The notes: generated by a model not told the origin, from the letters alone. A stretch of 64,000 nucleotides of DNA from Octopus vulgaris (GCA_951406725.2 OX597827.1:51894001-51958000), one strand, 5' to 3'; positions 40,403-55,429 are shown, counted from the first letter of the stretch. A program made the numbers and translations.

Positions 40403-40932
40403 TTCTAGAAATTTATTCCTTACTAGTCTATAACCATTCTCTTTTAGATGATCAGCTTTTTCAGCATCTGCTTATAGCCTCTTACAGTTACTAAATAGTT
40501 TTGCTAATTTTTCTTTCAATCTCTATTATGTCTCCACCTAAACACTTTATCACTACTAGCACATTTTCTTCTTGTGTGCCTTTATGTTGTTTCGTCTATA
40601 CTTTATGCAAGCTATTGGTGTTCTCTCAGTTTCTTTCACACCTCTCCATGAACGTCTTAATATTCAATATTCCATATATGTTTAGCAGAAATATCTCCTA
40701 ATAGTAAGCTGAACCACTGCACCATGGCTTATTTTTCTTTTTTACTTTTTACTTTAAACTCTAATACAATAGTATCATGCTGCACATTTTTAAATTCTAT
40801 TCCTTACAAATTTACTTGATCTACTACTAGGGCTCTCTGCTGATAACTATGTCCATTTATACAGTCATTCCCTTTGAATATATTATATTTAAACAAATAT
40901 AAGATTAATTGTTTCCATTTGTGGAAGTGTTG

Positions 40933-41001
<69 letters not shown>

Positions 41002-41439
41002 AGATATAAAAGGATTAATAAATCCAGGCAGATATCTATAATGCACTCAGTGTTAAATGAATTTGGTTAACTATATCCAACAATCAGATACCAATAAATA
41101 CAAGTAGAATAAATATCCAAGGTAATTCTTTGTGTATAAGAAGTAAATCCAAATTTTGCTTCAAAGAATTTTAAGAAATTCAAAGTATAAGACAACAAGG
41201 GTAAGAATGGAGAAAATTTCTATTGTGACAGCATATTTAGATGCAAAGAAAAAGGTACAAAATACCAGTCAAATAAACATATTCAAAAATATATGCTTGT
41301 ACAATGTTATCAAGGCAATTCAAAATTGGTTAAATTCAAAGTGAACCAAGAAAATATCTCCAATACATGAACAGACATAAAAAGAACATTAAGAATAAAA
41401 ATGATATTCTAATATTAATATCACTATATCACAGTATTG

Positions 41440-41707
41440 AACAGACTATTCAATGCTGTTATACACCACTGGTCACAATGCATCACACATTGTTTTAGCT
41501 TTCCAATGATGCCACTTCACTGGCCAGGAAGGCAGGCCAAACATTCCAACTGAACAGAATGCCAGTCTGCCATAGGGTAACCCATTTACACTGAGTGGTT
41601 TGGAGCAATATAAAGTGAAGTGTCTTACTCAAGATCACAATGTACAGCCAGTCTAGAACTCAAAACTTGATCTCATAATCATGAGTGCAACACATAGCCA
41701 CTAGGCC
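41440..41707 (-). mobile_element. Old tRNA-derived CORE-like SINE, third family
   Basis: Minus strand has A box GGCCTAGTGG, a decayed B box, and CORE-like TGTGATCTTGAGTAAGACACTT. Confidence 0.6.
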
Positions 41708-41714
41708 CAAAACC

Positions 41715-41791
<77 letters not shown>

Positions 41792-41796
41792 AAATA

Positions 41797-42110
41797 TTAG
41801 GGAATAAATCCAAACTTACAGGGAAAAATCAGATTTAGGATTAAATCCAATTTTATCGTAAAATATATTATATTATATTAAATTAGAGATAAAACCACTA
41901 TTAGGCAAATCAAACAATGAAAAACATAAGCCAGTACATAAAATTAATTCATTTATATTATTTTAGATATATATCAAAAGTATTAAAAGTTTAACAAAAG
42001 ATAAAGAGTAAAACACTACGATCGTTTTATGGCTGTACAATTCGTAATAATTCGAGTTATGGTTACAGTCAATCTTCAGGTTAATTGAAATATTTATCTT
42101 AGCGAGTTTT
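41797..42110 (-). mobile_element. AT-rich repeat carrying a degenerate type I hammerhead ribozyme (Penelope- or retrozyme-like), flanked by (TA)n
   Basis: Hammerhead-like core at 42014-42083 on the minus strand, and a related copy at 38212. Confidence 0.55.
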
Positions 42111-42463
42111 ACATATATAATGTACACACACACACATTATGTATGTATGAATGTTAGTCAATCAAATTCCAGCATGGCCAGATATTCACATTTTATTTTT
42201 TTATTTATATTTTCACCAGTACTTACATTTTTTTACAACAAACTTCAGGTAAATATTGATATGGCGACGATAATTATAATAGTAACATCACCTATGTGTA
42301 TTTATCCTCACTATGTCAATATTTACCTGAAGTTTGTCATCAAACATGAAAGCACTTGTGAAACTAAAGAAGAAAATGTGAAAATTCAGTTATGTTGGAA
42401 TTTCGCTGGCTAATATATTAGCCATAAACATTGTTACTAAACATGTACAAAAGTAAACTATGT

Positions 42464-42534
<71 letters not shown>

Positions 42535-42678
42535 GAGAGGAAGAGAGAGAGAGAGTGAGAGAGGAAGAGAGAGAGAGAGAGAGAGAGAGAGTGAGAGAGG
42601 AAGAGAGAGAGACAGACAGAAAAATAGATAGATACACACATACATGAATACATACACATATACATGTTTATAAGATAT

Positions 42679-42709
<31 letters not shown>

Positions 42710-44017
42710 CATTTGTGAATGTACATTATATATTTATATACCAAAAGGAGTGAGTAAGTAATTGTTTGATTGATTTTTCCCCATCAGTCTTGAAGTTTGT
42801 CAGAAGACAATTTTGTGTACATTCTCAATAATAGTGGTGACATTATTTCACACATGCACATAGATGTTTCATCATATCTGAAGTTCACTCTTCAATATAG
42901 GCGCCTAAAAATACATACATACACATTTTTCTTTTGACCCTTCCCTCTCTCTCTTTCAGTCTGTCTCTCACTCGCATTCAAACATTTTTCCCTTTCTTTA
43001 TTATAACATTTTGCCAAATTTGAGAATATATATTCATTTATCTTTATAAACTCGCTATTATATTCATATTAGCATGTCCATTGAAGCAATTAAGGTGCTT
43101 TGAAAGGGAATTTAGCATGATTTAAATGTGATTTTTGTAACAAAAATACTGACAACTTAAATTTCTATGAAACTTTATTGTGACTTCAATGTGATTTAAT
43201 ATGAGCTTTGATATGATTTCAGTTTGTTTTTAGTGTAGCACAAGTTTGATTTTACTGACTGGATTATTTTATTGAATGGTCCATGGTAGTGGGGTGCATG
43301 CATATACATGTACACATACACAAATTCACAAAACCATGAATACACACAGTGCTACTGCAGTTTGACATCAATCTCAATATTTTTGTCCCTCAATTCAGGG
43401 GCAGATTAAAACAATTCATGGTTATATTCAAATATGAATTAGAAGCAGTGCCAATGTTGTAAACATTATCAAACACATATTGCTTTGCTTGTTCACCAGT
43501 AGTTTGCCATTTGAAGCAGAAGCGATGACTCTCTCAAAGCACCAGGTGTTAAAACACCTGAAAGTCATAGTCAGGTGAGACAACTTACCTGGTTAATGTA
43601 TAAAGAGAAACTAAATATATTAAGAAGTGTGTTAATATATATATCAGTGTTAGCATGTCCCTGTTGACAAACCAACATTCACAGTTTTGTTGTAGGGGTT
43701 CAAATTAGAAAGTGTGTAAGTATATGTGCATGTATGTATGAACTTACATACATTCATGCATACATACATACATACATACATGCTTACATACATACACACA
43801 TACATACACACATACATACATACATACATAATACATACATACATAAATACATACATAAATACATACATTCATATATACATAAATACATACAAACATACAT
43901 AAATACATACATACATACATACATACATAATACATATGTACATACATACATAAATACATACATACATACATACATACATACATACATAATACATATGTAC
44001 ATACATACATAAATACA

Positions 44018-44048
<31 letters not shown>

Positions 44049-44645
44049 GAGAGAAAGGAAATGAAATTCACAAGACTCTTTTTTCACAATGATTGTTTCG
44101 ACCCATCATGCATTGGTACCTCATAGGTGAGATGCTGTGCAAACAATTGTGGTGCACCATAGGTGCAGATGTGTCTCATCATACCTGACTTGTCAAAATG
44201 TAGCTCATTTTTCATTTCCAATTTGCTTATTTGAACAACAGTCCATTTTAGTAGTTGTGGTATATATTACATACATACATACATGTGTGTGTGTGAGAGA
44301 GAGAGAGTATATATACCTATATCGCTTATATAGATTTTCATTTAGGTTTATGTCTGTATATGTAACTTAGAAAATTTTAAAATGAAAGGTTTATATTATA
44401 TCATTTTTTTCAGTGTGTATTAGTGGTTGTTGTGTATACATATATACTTATATACTTATATATAAGTATTTTGGATAGAAAAATATAAATGAAAACAAAA
44501 TTTGGTTCTCAGTCTGAAGATTAGATTACGTAGCCAAAGGTTACAAACTTAAGAAGTTGTTTCTGTATAAAAACCATTTCTATCTCTTCTATGAATTGAG
44601 TTCTTTTTCCTAATTAAAATTATCCATACAGTAACACTGTACACA

Positions 44646-44683
<38 letters not shown>

Positions 44684-44980
44684 CACACACATGCTCACGC
44701 ACACGCACACACACACATATATGCACATGCACATATATACACATGTACATTTATACTAAGTTATGCATATATGCAGGTTTGCAACTGTGTCACATTTCAA
44801 TGCATTTTCATAAAATAAGTTATGTGTGCTGATAGAAGTGCCTGTTTGCATTTTCCAGTGTGCATCAAGCAACCTTACTAGCTGTATGTTAACATTAGTT
44901 TTTTTAATTTTTAATTTTTTTTTTCAAAAAAATCAACAGTTGTACTCTTTAAACAAATCTTTGAGGATTAAAAACTAGGA

Positions 44981-45036
<56 letters not shown>

Positions 45037-45037
45037 G

Positions 45038-45091
<54 letters not shown>

Positions 45092-47647
45092 TATGTATAT
45101 GCATACAAACATACATACATATATAGACTTGTATGTGTAGTGTGTGTGTAAGAAAAAAATTTAAATCTCACAGAAAACTAGATTTAAAAAATGATCACCT
45201 GTAATACATGTCTTTATAAACATTTTAATGACTTTATTCCAAATAACCTTTGCTGCTTTAAAAATACACCTTATATATATTTTTTTTCTTATTTTTCTCT
45301 CTTAAAAAAATTTAAGATTTTTCTATTTACAGATTTTTTTTTTTCTTTTGGCAATATTGGGACTTTTTGAGAGATTTTTTTTAAAGCTCTCTCCACTAAA
45401 TCTTAAAATATGTAGCCCAACATGGTGAATTGTGAAAAAAAGTTTGTTGTTAATGTTAAATTAAACCTTATTGCCCAAAGTTTTTGAAAAGAGTCATCCA
45501 TTTTCTGTTTCTACTTTTTCTTAGTAGATAAGGGCATTATCTTGGTATTTTTAAGAGTTATTTTAAACTCTGTGCTGCATTTTAAATATATATATTGTAC
45601 AGCATGGTAATTGCAAACAAACAAAAAAAGTGTTAATTCCAACCTTGCTGCCTCATCCTTAAAACAATGATAATTCTCTTGGATCTCCTGAAAAAAGTTA
45701 AACAAAATTACAATGAATTCCAACTGCTCACCTCACAATGATTTTAACAAATTCCTGCTGTTTTAACTTTTCTGTTACACTAAACCCAATGCCAACTTTT
45801 AATGAAGCCATAGAATTGAAAACATGCAAGTAATCTGTATGTTGGCACACTAGAGTTGAGATCTATAGAAAAATATTATATATACTATTCAACCACACAT
45901 CTTTGCACGAATCTTACGGAATTTATATATTTTTTTCTATTCGTGTTTTTTTAGTGTTGTACTTTCAATGGAGTGTGTTTGTATGACTGTATGGAATACA
46001 TTTGTGCCAGCATAATACATTTGTGAATGTTTGTCTTTGTATTTTGTTTATGTGTTAAGTCGCACGAGAGTTTATGGATATGCATATTTGCATAACAGTG
46101 TTTGTGTATATTCATGTGTAAGTAACTCAGTGTGTGTCTAAGTGCATGTAAAATGAAATGATGTGTATTTGTAGAATTCATATGATGTTCAGGCTCCACA
46201 GAAGGTGATCAGAGATATATGTTTATTGTTAGATTCTCCTTTGCAGTTGAAAAAATTTCTCTAAACAAAATTAAAAAAAAAAATTAAAACTGTTGATATT
46301 AATTACTGTTAACAAAGTTTTATACATAACAATTAAATGAAAGCAAAAAATTAACAAATATGAGATATTGCTATGATTATAAAGTAATAGATTCTATACA
46401 TGTTTATGTGTGTATGCATGGATGTTTTCATAGGTTTAAGTGTAAATTATAAAACATTATCAAATATTAAGTCAGTTTAAATATATGTTTGAAACAATAA
46501 TTTGGGGATTAAAAGAAGAACAAGAAACCCACTGACAGGATTCCAATCATGTGTCTTTCACTTGCTAAGGGTTTTTTTTTTACATTAAAATCTTAACTAT
46601 TGAATTCTAATAAATAATTAATAATCTTAAGGTTTATATTTATCAAAGCACCAAATTAAGATAGTCTCTCAAGATGACTCCACCTCTTCATTTCTGTTTT
46701 CTTTTCTTGAAAATCTAAACTTCTCTTTACCATCAATTTGAAATTCTTGGGTACAGCTGTCTCCTTTGAAGATGGCCTCTTGACCCTCAAATTCTTTTCT
46801 AATTGCTGCACAAATACTCAGTACTTTTACTCTACTTCATCTAACTAAACTTGTCTTCAATTTTCTTCAAACAGGGAAGCAAAGTATCCATTGACACCAA
46901 AATGGACTAGAGTTACACCATCTTATTTTTTGGCAGCCATGTTGAAGGCTGAATTTTTATCCACTTTACAAGGGTAACACCTGAGTTATACAGTCATTAC
47001 ATTAATGACTGTATCAGAACCACTTTGCTCACCTCAGAGCAGCTTGGACTTTTCACATTCTTTATCAATAATATTCACCTATATCACCTCATCATAAAAA
47101 AAAAACTATACTTTTTTTCTCTGCCTTCTCAGGGCATTTTTGTCTTTATAATTCTAACCAATCCTTACAGACTGTAGTTTCTCATTTCCTTATAGTCTTC
47201 ATAGTCTCTCCCATCATACCTATGTATGTATCTGTAGTAGTGTATAGATACCCTTTTGTTTATGATTCACCTTTGTTCTCCCTCTCTTCAAAGACAAACA
47301 AATGTCCAAAATATTTAAACTTTCGCTAATCATAGAAATCAACTCATTAAACTCTTCTGGAAAAAAACTAGCTGATTAATTGAGTTTATTATTTGTTTTA
47401 CATCAAATACATGTTCAGATCTAATCTAGGAGTGACTGAAGCATAAACTGTGTCTGAAGCAATCAGTATTGCAGCAGTTAAACAACAATAAAAGTAGATA
47501 CAAGGTTTGAGTCTCATTAGTGGGTTTATTGCTATTTTTGGACACCAAATTTGTGTCTACACAGATTTGTTCAAAATTATTTATAATTTTATGCATGTAT
47601 ATATGTATGCATGCAAGTGTGTCCTATATGTATTTATGTATTATATC

Positions 47648-47681
<34 letters not shown>

Positions 47682-47711
47682 TTTATATATATTTATATAT
47701 ATATATGTATG

Positions 47712-47745
<34 letters not shown>

Positions 47746-49295
47746 TGTATGTATGTATATATGTATGTATGTATGTATGTATATATATACATACACATAT
47801 AATGTCTTTACAGATATGTGTGATTTACTGGTGACAAAATGACATAATATCAGAATAACAAAGAAAGTTTTTAATTACTTAACTTTAGGTTCTTGCATTT
47901 ATAACTCTTTCATTAAATCAACTGATTTGTAGTTGCATTGATAAACTTAGTAAACTTAGGAAAGTAGGCATATTGGGAGGCAGAAATGTGTTTGTACCTT
48001 TACTGCTCAGAAACAGCAAATATACACTACCTTTTGTCTGTTTCCCCTCTGTAGTTAGGAAAGTATATATTTCCACAATTTTGAGGTTTATAGCATCTTG
48101 TGTCTCACCAAGCATTGTTTCTTTGTTTTTGTTATTTCATCAGCCTGTTAATCTCTGCCGAGGTGCTATGCTAGGTGACGTTACTTTATAGAACATTCTT
48201 ACAGAATATTCTTATGCGTAGCTCTTGTTTTGTTGATCTAATTTATGTATTTCTGCAATATAGTTTGTAAACATTATTCTTAAGTATAATGTTCATTTCG
48301 CAGATCATTGGTACATTTTCTCACCTGATTGAACAATAGTTAAGGTGGTATGTTTCTTATGTGTGATTATTGCATTGGCCAGAGGACATGTGTTGTATAA
48401 CTGCATGCTTCTCCTAATAGACGGGGAGTAATGTGAGGATTGAAAAGGGAGCAAGCACATTGCTCTGTTTAATACATTTAAATAGTTTTAAACTTCTTAA
48501 ACTCATGCAACACCATGGCTAAAATAGATTAACTATGTACATACCAACTCATTTTTATTTTCTCCTTAAAGAATAATGTAGCTGATGGAGATGGAAGAGG
48601 ATTCAATAGTATTTTTTGGTAGAACCTGGTATTTGTCAGTTTGAGAACAAATTTAAAGTATAAGCATATGTTGTTATTCTTAACAGGGAGACCAGACTTC
48701 TTGATGCAGCACCTTAATTGATTTTTCATCTGTACTGGAGAACAAATCCAATTTTTGTCATTCTTTAAGCCCCCTTTCCTTCTCTCTCACTTTCAATCTC
48801 TCTCTCCCCATTACATCTATTGCTCTCTTTCATACTATCTACCTGGTGAATGTCAGTATCTAGCACTTCATGTCATATACCCTTTCTTCTACTTCTCTTT
48901 CATTGTTTCTGCAATGATCCACCTGTGTAATGTCGGTATCTGATGTCCTGTATGCTTGTCTGACTCCCATAGCATATATGTGCTTCACGAAATGTGATCA
49001 TAAAATCAAGCAGAGAGAAGCTCTCCAAAGGTCTTCCTCAATGAACATGACTGCATGGTTTCCACATATCTGACCTGAAGCAGATGAATTCATTAGTTGC
49101 TACACAATTGGGTATAAAACAATGACAGCTATTTGTTATACTGATACTGTGTCACTTGGTCATTTTGTTATGTCACTTTGGTGCATTATGGTAAATCACA
49201 CAACTAAATTCACTGTATGTGTATATTTCTGCATGTAAATGCATGTATATGCATATGTGCACATGAGTATTATATATATATATATATATATATAT

Positions 49296-49348
<53 letters not shown>

Positions 49349-49597
49349 CATACATGTATATATATAATATTCATACTTACATATATATATATATGTATAT
49401 AATATAATATATACTTATATATATATATACATATATACATATACATATATATACATTTACACATATGTTATATAAGTATATGTATATATAGGTAAATGCC
49501 CTTGTAAATATATAAATATAAACATACATCCACATATATACATACACACAGATATATATATCATATATATATATATATATATATGAATGTATGTATA

Positions 49598-49653
<56 letters not shown>

Positions 49654-49728
49654 TCATTCTTGAATTTTGTTTTGCTGTAAATTTGAGTTGAAACTTTTTA
49701 TATGTACATAGAAGAGAGAAAGAGAGAG

Positions 49729-49760
<32 letters not shown>

Positions 49761-50040
49761 GCTGTTATTGTTGTTATTGTTATTATTGTTGCTGTTTTCA
49801 TATGTCAATTGTCTTGTTAAACTTTGACAAAGATTGCAAATGTCAATTTTTATTTCCAACCTAAATCCTGATCTATGCACAAATTAAGACATACGGGTAA
49901 GGTGCTTCACCCGCAAGAAAGTCTCTCACCCACTCCATCAATACAACTCCTACACCTTTCCCTTCCTCTCATGGTAGGATTCTCTGCTTGCTATAATAAA
50001 TTATGTAAGCAGACAGAGCTAATTGTTATAATGTATGTAA

Positions 50041-50083
<43 letters not shown>

Positions 50084-50112
50084 AGTGTGTGTGAGTGTGT
50101 GTGTATGAGTGA

Positions 50113-50166
<54 letters not shown>

Positions 50167-50169
50167 GTA

Positions 50170-50221
<52 letters not shown>

Positions 50222-50722
50222 AACATATACATATGTATGGTCTTGTAGAGACCAACATATATATATATGTGTAATGTACGATATTTTTGAATATGTGTGT
50301 ATTCCTGCACATTCACATATACACAAGGATATATATTTATTGAACTGTTCATGAATGCATGCGTGTGTCTGTATAACTCTACAACAAATATGTCAGTTAG
50401 ATTCCTATCATCTTTCTGAGATTCTAATTAAAAGAAATTAATTATATAATATATGATACAACATTTACAAAATTTCAAAGTAAAGAAAGAAAAATACAAA
50501 AATGATAAAATCTAGAGAAAAGTTCTTTATTTATTGTTTTTGCTATCTTTGTTCTTTGAACTCACAATGAAATGTTTGGCTGTGTGAGATTGACAATACT
50601 TCCTGGAGAATATAAGGTGGATAACTTTTTGTATTTTTTTTTTGTTTTGTTTCTTTTTTTAATGTTATGAATAAACAAACATAAATTTTTTCCTTGTTTT
50701 TGTTTTCATTTATTCTTTTCAT

Positions 50723-51032
50723 CAAAAAGCACCATCCGAATCGTGGCCGATGCCAGCGCCGACTTGACTGGCTTCTGTGCCGGTGGCACGTAAAATGCAC
50801 CAATCCGATCATGGTCATTGCCAGCCTCGCCTAGCACCTGTGCAGGTGGCACGTAAAAAGCACCCACTACACTCACGGAGTGGTTGGCATTAGGAAGGGC
50901 ATCCAGCTGTAGAAACACTGCCTGATCGGACTGGAGCCTGGTGCAGCCTTCTGGCTTCCCAGATCCCCGGTCAAACCATCCAACCCATGCTAGCATGGAG
51001 AACGGACGTTAAATGATGATGATGATGATGAT
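50723..51032 (+). mobile_element. RTE 3'-end derivative
   Basis: High identity to 12530-12800, with a (GAT)n tail. Confidence 0.88.
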
Positions 51033-51351
51033 CCCAGCTACATGGAAACATTCTGCACTCACATGAGAAGTGTGTAGATGTTGAGATTGTTAATAATCTC
51101 AGTTGGTAACATAGTTTCACTTCCTATGCAATAAACTGAATGTATAAAATGTATAATTATTATTTAGAGTGCAATTCTGCTTGGTTGTGAAACTTGAGTA
51201 TTAATTGAAAAAGATTTACAAAGGCCTGAGCACATGCATTAAGTATACTCTATTGAGCATGCAACATTTACCTTCGATATGAACAGCAGAGTACAAGAAA
51301 AAGAACAGAGAAAATTACTGACTTTCAAACTATCTAAGCTTTATCTTATCG

Positions 51352-51685
51352 TCATCGTTGACATCGTTGTCGTCGTCGTCGTCATCATCATCATCATTTA
51401 ATATTCATTGTCCATGCTGACATGGGTTGGATGGTAAGCTGGAAGGCTGCACCAGACTCCAGTCTGATTTGGCATGGTTTTCTATGACTGGATGCCCTTC
51501 CTAACACCAACCACTTTGAGAGTCTAATGGGTGCTTTTACATGCCACCAACATGGGTGCTTTTATGTGCCACCAGCATGGGTGCCATTTGCGTGGCACCA
51601 GTATCTGCCACGACTGCGATTTTGCTCAGCTTGATTGGGTCTTCTTCTCAAGCATGACGTAATGCCATAAATCTTGGTCATTGCA
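51352..51685 (-). mobile_element. RTE 3'-end derivative, older
   Basis: (CAT/CGT)n tail and the CTGGATGCCCTTCCTAA..CCAACCAC motif. Confidence 0.78.
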
Positions 51686-51719
51686 TTATAAGTAATTAAA
51701 TTAGGTCCGATGTTTTGTA

Positions 51720-52375
51720 ATCTTTGAGTAAATACTTCTGTTTCTTCAAGAAGCCCATAGCAGCTTGTTATGGTTATTTTGTTTTCATTTAAAATAGTAT
51801 TGCAGCTTTCTCTACTCAACAACGCTAATATCTGAGACTGTGTCTAGTGCCACTGTGTTCAAAGGCAGGCATAGAATCAAGAATGGACCATAATGTTTTA
51901 AAGATGCTGTCACTGTTTCCCATAGCCTTTAAATATAAATGGAAAGTCTTATAGAGAGCTTCCTGTATGGATTAACAATGTCTGTGTAAGTAGAACTGCA
52001 TCTTGAAACTGTTTGCTGTTAATCTAATACAGGATTTTAGTATTGAACTATCACCTAACTCCATCTCAGTGCAGTACATCAAAGAATTTACAAAGCAAAC
52101 CCTATTAAGGAGGAAGTTGGGTGGATGCCTGCAATGTCTGCAGTTGCAGCCACATGCAGAGACAGAGATGCTATTGCCAAAGTGGCACTTGATAGATCTA
52201 GTAAAATTCTTATAAGAATAAGATACTTTGATCAAATTCCTGTTGAGAATCCTGTAGTTCTGTGAGGTTTTGGAAAATTGAGAAAGATCATGTTGAAGAG
52301 CTTCTTGGTTCAGACATTCAGACTGAAGAGTGGATTGTACCATGGAAGCGCGTGGTTCAGGAATGTACTTCACTC
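51720..52375 (-). mobile_element. Penelope-like element remnant, GIY-YIG region
   Basis: YRILNRNLIKVSYS, CNCR..C, SLMY and CIRLTANSFKMQF..H (cf. IFNRNTVKVSYS...CNCR...YIGLT.N.FK.R...H). Confidence 0.75.
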
Positions 52376-52419
52376 TTTCTAAAAATTTGTTTGTAGATGT
52401 GAGAAAGGAGCTGGAGGGC

Positions 52420-52812
52420 TGATAGAACCAGTGGAAATGCTATGTGATGAGGTGGAGAAGGTAAGAGGATTTTGTTATTTGGGAGAGAGGGTGGATGTAA
52501 AGCAGCTGTGGCAGCAAGAGCGAGACTTGGCTGGGTGAAATTCAGGGAATGTGGAGCATTGTTATATGGGAAAAGGTTCTCATTGAAGATGAAAGGAAGG
52601 GTCTATAGGAGTTGTGTAAGAGCTGCAATGCTGTATGGGAGTGAGACATGGTGTCTGAGGGAGTGAGAGATAGCAATTTTGAGAAGGACTGAGAGAGCAA
52701 TGGTGAGAGAAATGTGTGGGGTGAAGCTGTTTGATAAGAGGAGGACTGAGGATTTGATGGGAATGCTGTGGTTAGAGGAATCGGTGGAATGGTTGGCAAG
52801 GGCGAATGGAGA
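52420..52812 (+). mobile_element. Decayed RTE RT C-terminal fragment, a different subfamily
   Basis: FCYLG, ARARLGWVKFRE..LL...FSLKMKGRVYRSCVRAAMLYGSETW and RTERAMVREMCG. Confidence 0.85.
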
Positions 52813-52902
52813 TGCAATTTGGCAGTGCCTCAGAATGGCCACAGTCTAATGAGTGAACCAAGTGAAACACAAATATGTATATATGTACATACATGTATAT
52901 GC

Positions 52903-52952
<50 letters not shown>

Positions 52953-52999
52953 TGCAAGCCAGGAACATTTCAGTTTTATATAATATGTGTGTGTGTGTG

Positions 53000-53335
53000 T
53001 TTGGACAACTTCCTCGACATCTTACTCAAACCATTTCTAAAATATGAAAAAAGCTTCATCAGGGATGACTTAGACATGCTTAGCCACCTACCAAAGACAG
53101 GAAATGAAGGAACCCTGTTAGGATCATTCGATGTGGTGGATTTGTACACCAATATCCCACACGATTATGATATAGAAGTGATCACCTTCTGGCTAGAAAA
53201 TACCCAGAAGAAATCCCAGGATGCATCAACCACAGATTCATAATCGCAGCACTCAAATTCATCCTACTGAACAACTATTTCATGTTCAATAAAGTTTACT
53301 ATCGACAAAATATGTGGAATTGCAATGGGAACCAT
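53000..53335 (+). mobile_element. Penelope-like reverse transcriptase fragment
   Basis: FLDILLKPF...SFIRDD, SFDVVDLYTNIPHD and NNYFMFNKVYYRQ..GIAMGT. Confidence 0.85.
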
Positions 53336-53784
53336 TCACATTACAGATCTATATCTACCCTAATTGCACCAAATCCAGAACTACTTACCTCCCTTACACA
53401 TAATCTTTTTACTCAGGGACTAGTAGACCTGACACCGTTCAGTAATTGGTGTGCATTCAAAGCAATGATTAGTAATTTTACGAAACCGGTATGCTTTTGA
53501 ATCTCTTTAACAATTCACAATAATGACTTTTATTACTTGTATTCCAACGTCAGTTCATCTAATTGTATATATTGTGTATAATTGTATATAAAGGCGGTGC
53601 TCCAGCATGGCCGCAGTCAAATGACTGAAACAAGTAAAAGAGTAAAAGAGTATATCTATCGTTACTTTTCATAAAACGCATTTACTTTTTTTGATTTCCA
53701 ATGTGCATTTTCGCTTATTTTTTGTTCTTACTTTCCCCTTACATTTCAACGTGTAGTTTCTATTTTCTTTTTGTAACATATTTC

Positions 53785-53825
<41 letters not shown>

Positions 53826-54424
53826 GAGTGTATTTTACCTTGTTAACAATTAACACGGATAAATGAATGAATAGTTACCAGGGCAGCAAAAATCTCACAA
53901 GTAAAGATGTTGTAACTCCTTGTTTATAAAGGTTGAAACTTCGTGTTTACGTTGAATATTTGAATAATAGGAATAAAAATACTCTAGTAAACACGGTTAT
54001 AGAACGAGCATACAGATGTAAGCATTGGCAAAAACATACTTTTAGTGCATATAAGTAGTCTCTATCATTATATATAGTTTAGACTTTAATTTCCTTTATA
54101 TTTAACATTCACTATTAATATCCCTACTCTTTCTGTTAGCTACTTATGACGTTATATCATATAACGTTTTTTTAAACAATATTAATAGCGTTCTGTCTAT
54201 CGCTATACGAATCCATCATTTTTTGCTAAAATGTCGTATTGACAAGTTTCGTTTTTTCACTTTCCCGAAGAGAAGATTGCATTGTTTATACCTTTTATTC
54301 TTTTGAATAAGTATCAGTGGAATTTTTGAAACATATGTAGAAAGAAAAAATACTTGTTTAAACCTGCGTTAACTCCATTTTTTATTCCTATATATATATA
54401 TAGATATATATATATATATACACA

Positions 54425-54626
54425 TGTAACTGAAAAGTTCCTGGCTTTTGGTAAAAGAAAATACAGGAGGCTCTGCTAATTATGATTTTATTCAACATAT
54501 TCCCCTCTCAGGCTCATGCACTTATTGTAGCAGACCTCTAGTAGTTTCTCAAAGCCCTGTAAAAGGCTTCCAACCAGGACTTACCTTAAACCCTTTAAGT
54601 CGGGGACTTTTCAGCCCCCACCTCAT
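54425..54626. mobile_element. Mariner/Tc1-like MITE, decayed
   Basis: Inverted ends CTGAAAAGTTCC / GGGACTTTTCAG, lying in TA-rich microsatellite. Confidence 0.55.
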
Positions 54627-54633
54627 GTGTGTG

Positions 54634-54697
<64 letters not shown>

Positions 54698-55429
54698 TTT
54701 ATATATGTATACATATATAAATGTGTGTGTGTGTGTGTTGCAGATCTATACCATGATTCAAACATGGGGCCTTTTAGTTTCTCAACATGAGAAGTTGTAT
54801 ACAATAATTGATATTATGTCACTTCAGCAACAATCTGGCCGATGATTTTGTTTTTAAGCAAGTAAGAATTTTTGGAATCTGATCAAAACAACTCGTGGAT
54901 GTAATAATCTCAATGCCAATCTATCCAATCAGATTTGTCATTGGCAACCAATAATCAGTGTCATATATCAGGCGAAATTGAAGTCCAAGCTGTAAGACTC
55001 GTTCCATATGAAAAGAGGAGATAAACTAAAAAATCAAGAACCCCCCAAAATAGACATGCCACTAAAAGAAAAGAAAGATTTATCTGGAGATAAGAAGATA
55101 TTCATGGGCACGTGTTTCTGCCCCAACAAGCATCTGTCCTTTTCCGTTATGACGTCAATTTTAGTGAAATCTTGAGCTGGTCTTAATTGTCACTTGGTAA
55201 TTGTGACATATTCTCTAGATGTGGAGTTAATTTTAATAAGTGAAGAATTTTCATTGTACGTTATTTATATATCTGTATTTGTTTATGGTGCTCACATACA
55301 TTCCACTGGTCACTCTTGAGTTATTTCTCTTCGCTCATTTTTGTTTAAATTATGTAAATTACCGAAGCTATAAATATGTTCAACTCTTTTTCTCTGTTTC
55401 TAAGTCCTGGGAGCCTCCTGGCGCTATGT

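Noticed and set aside
47880-48760. Possible very old Penelope-like remnant
   Set aside because: The motif traces are too degraded to support by eye.
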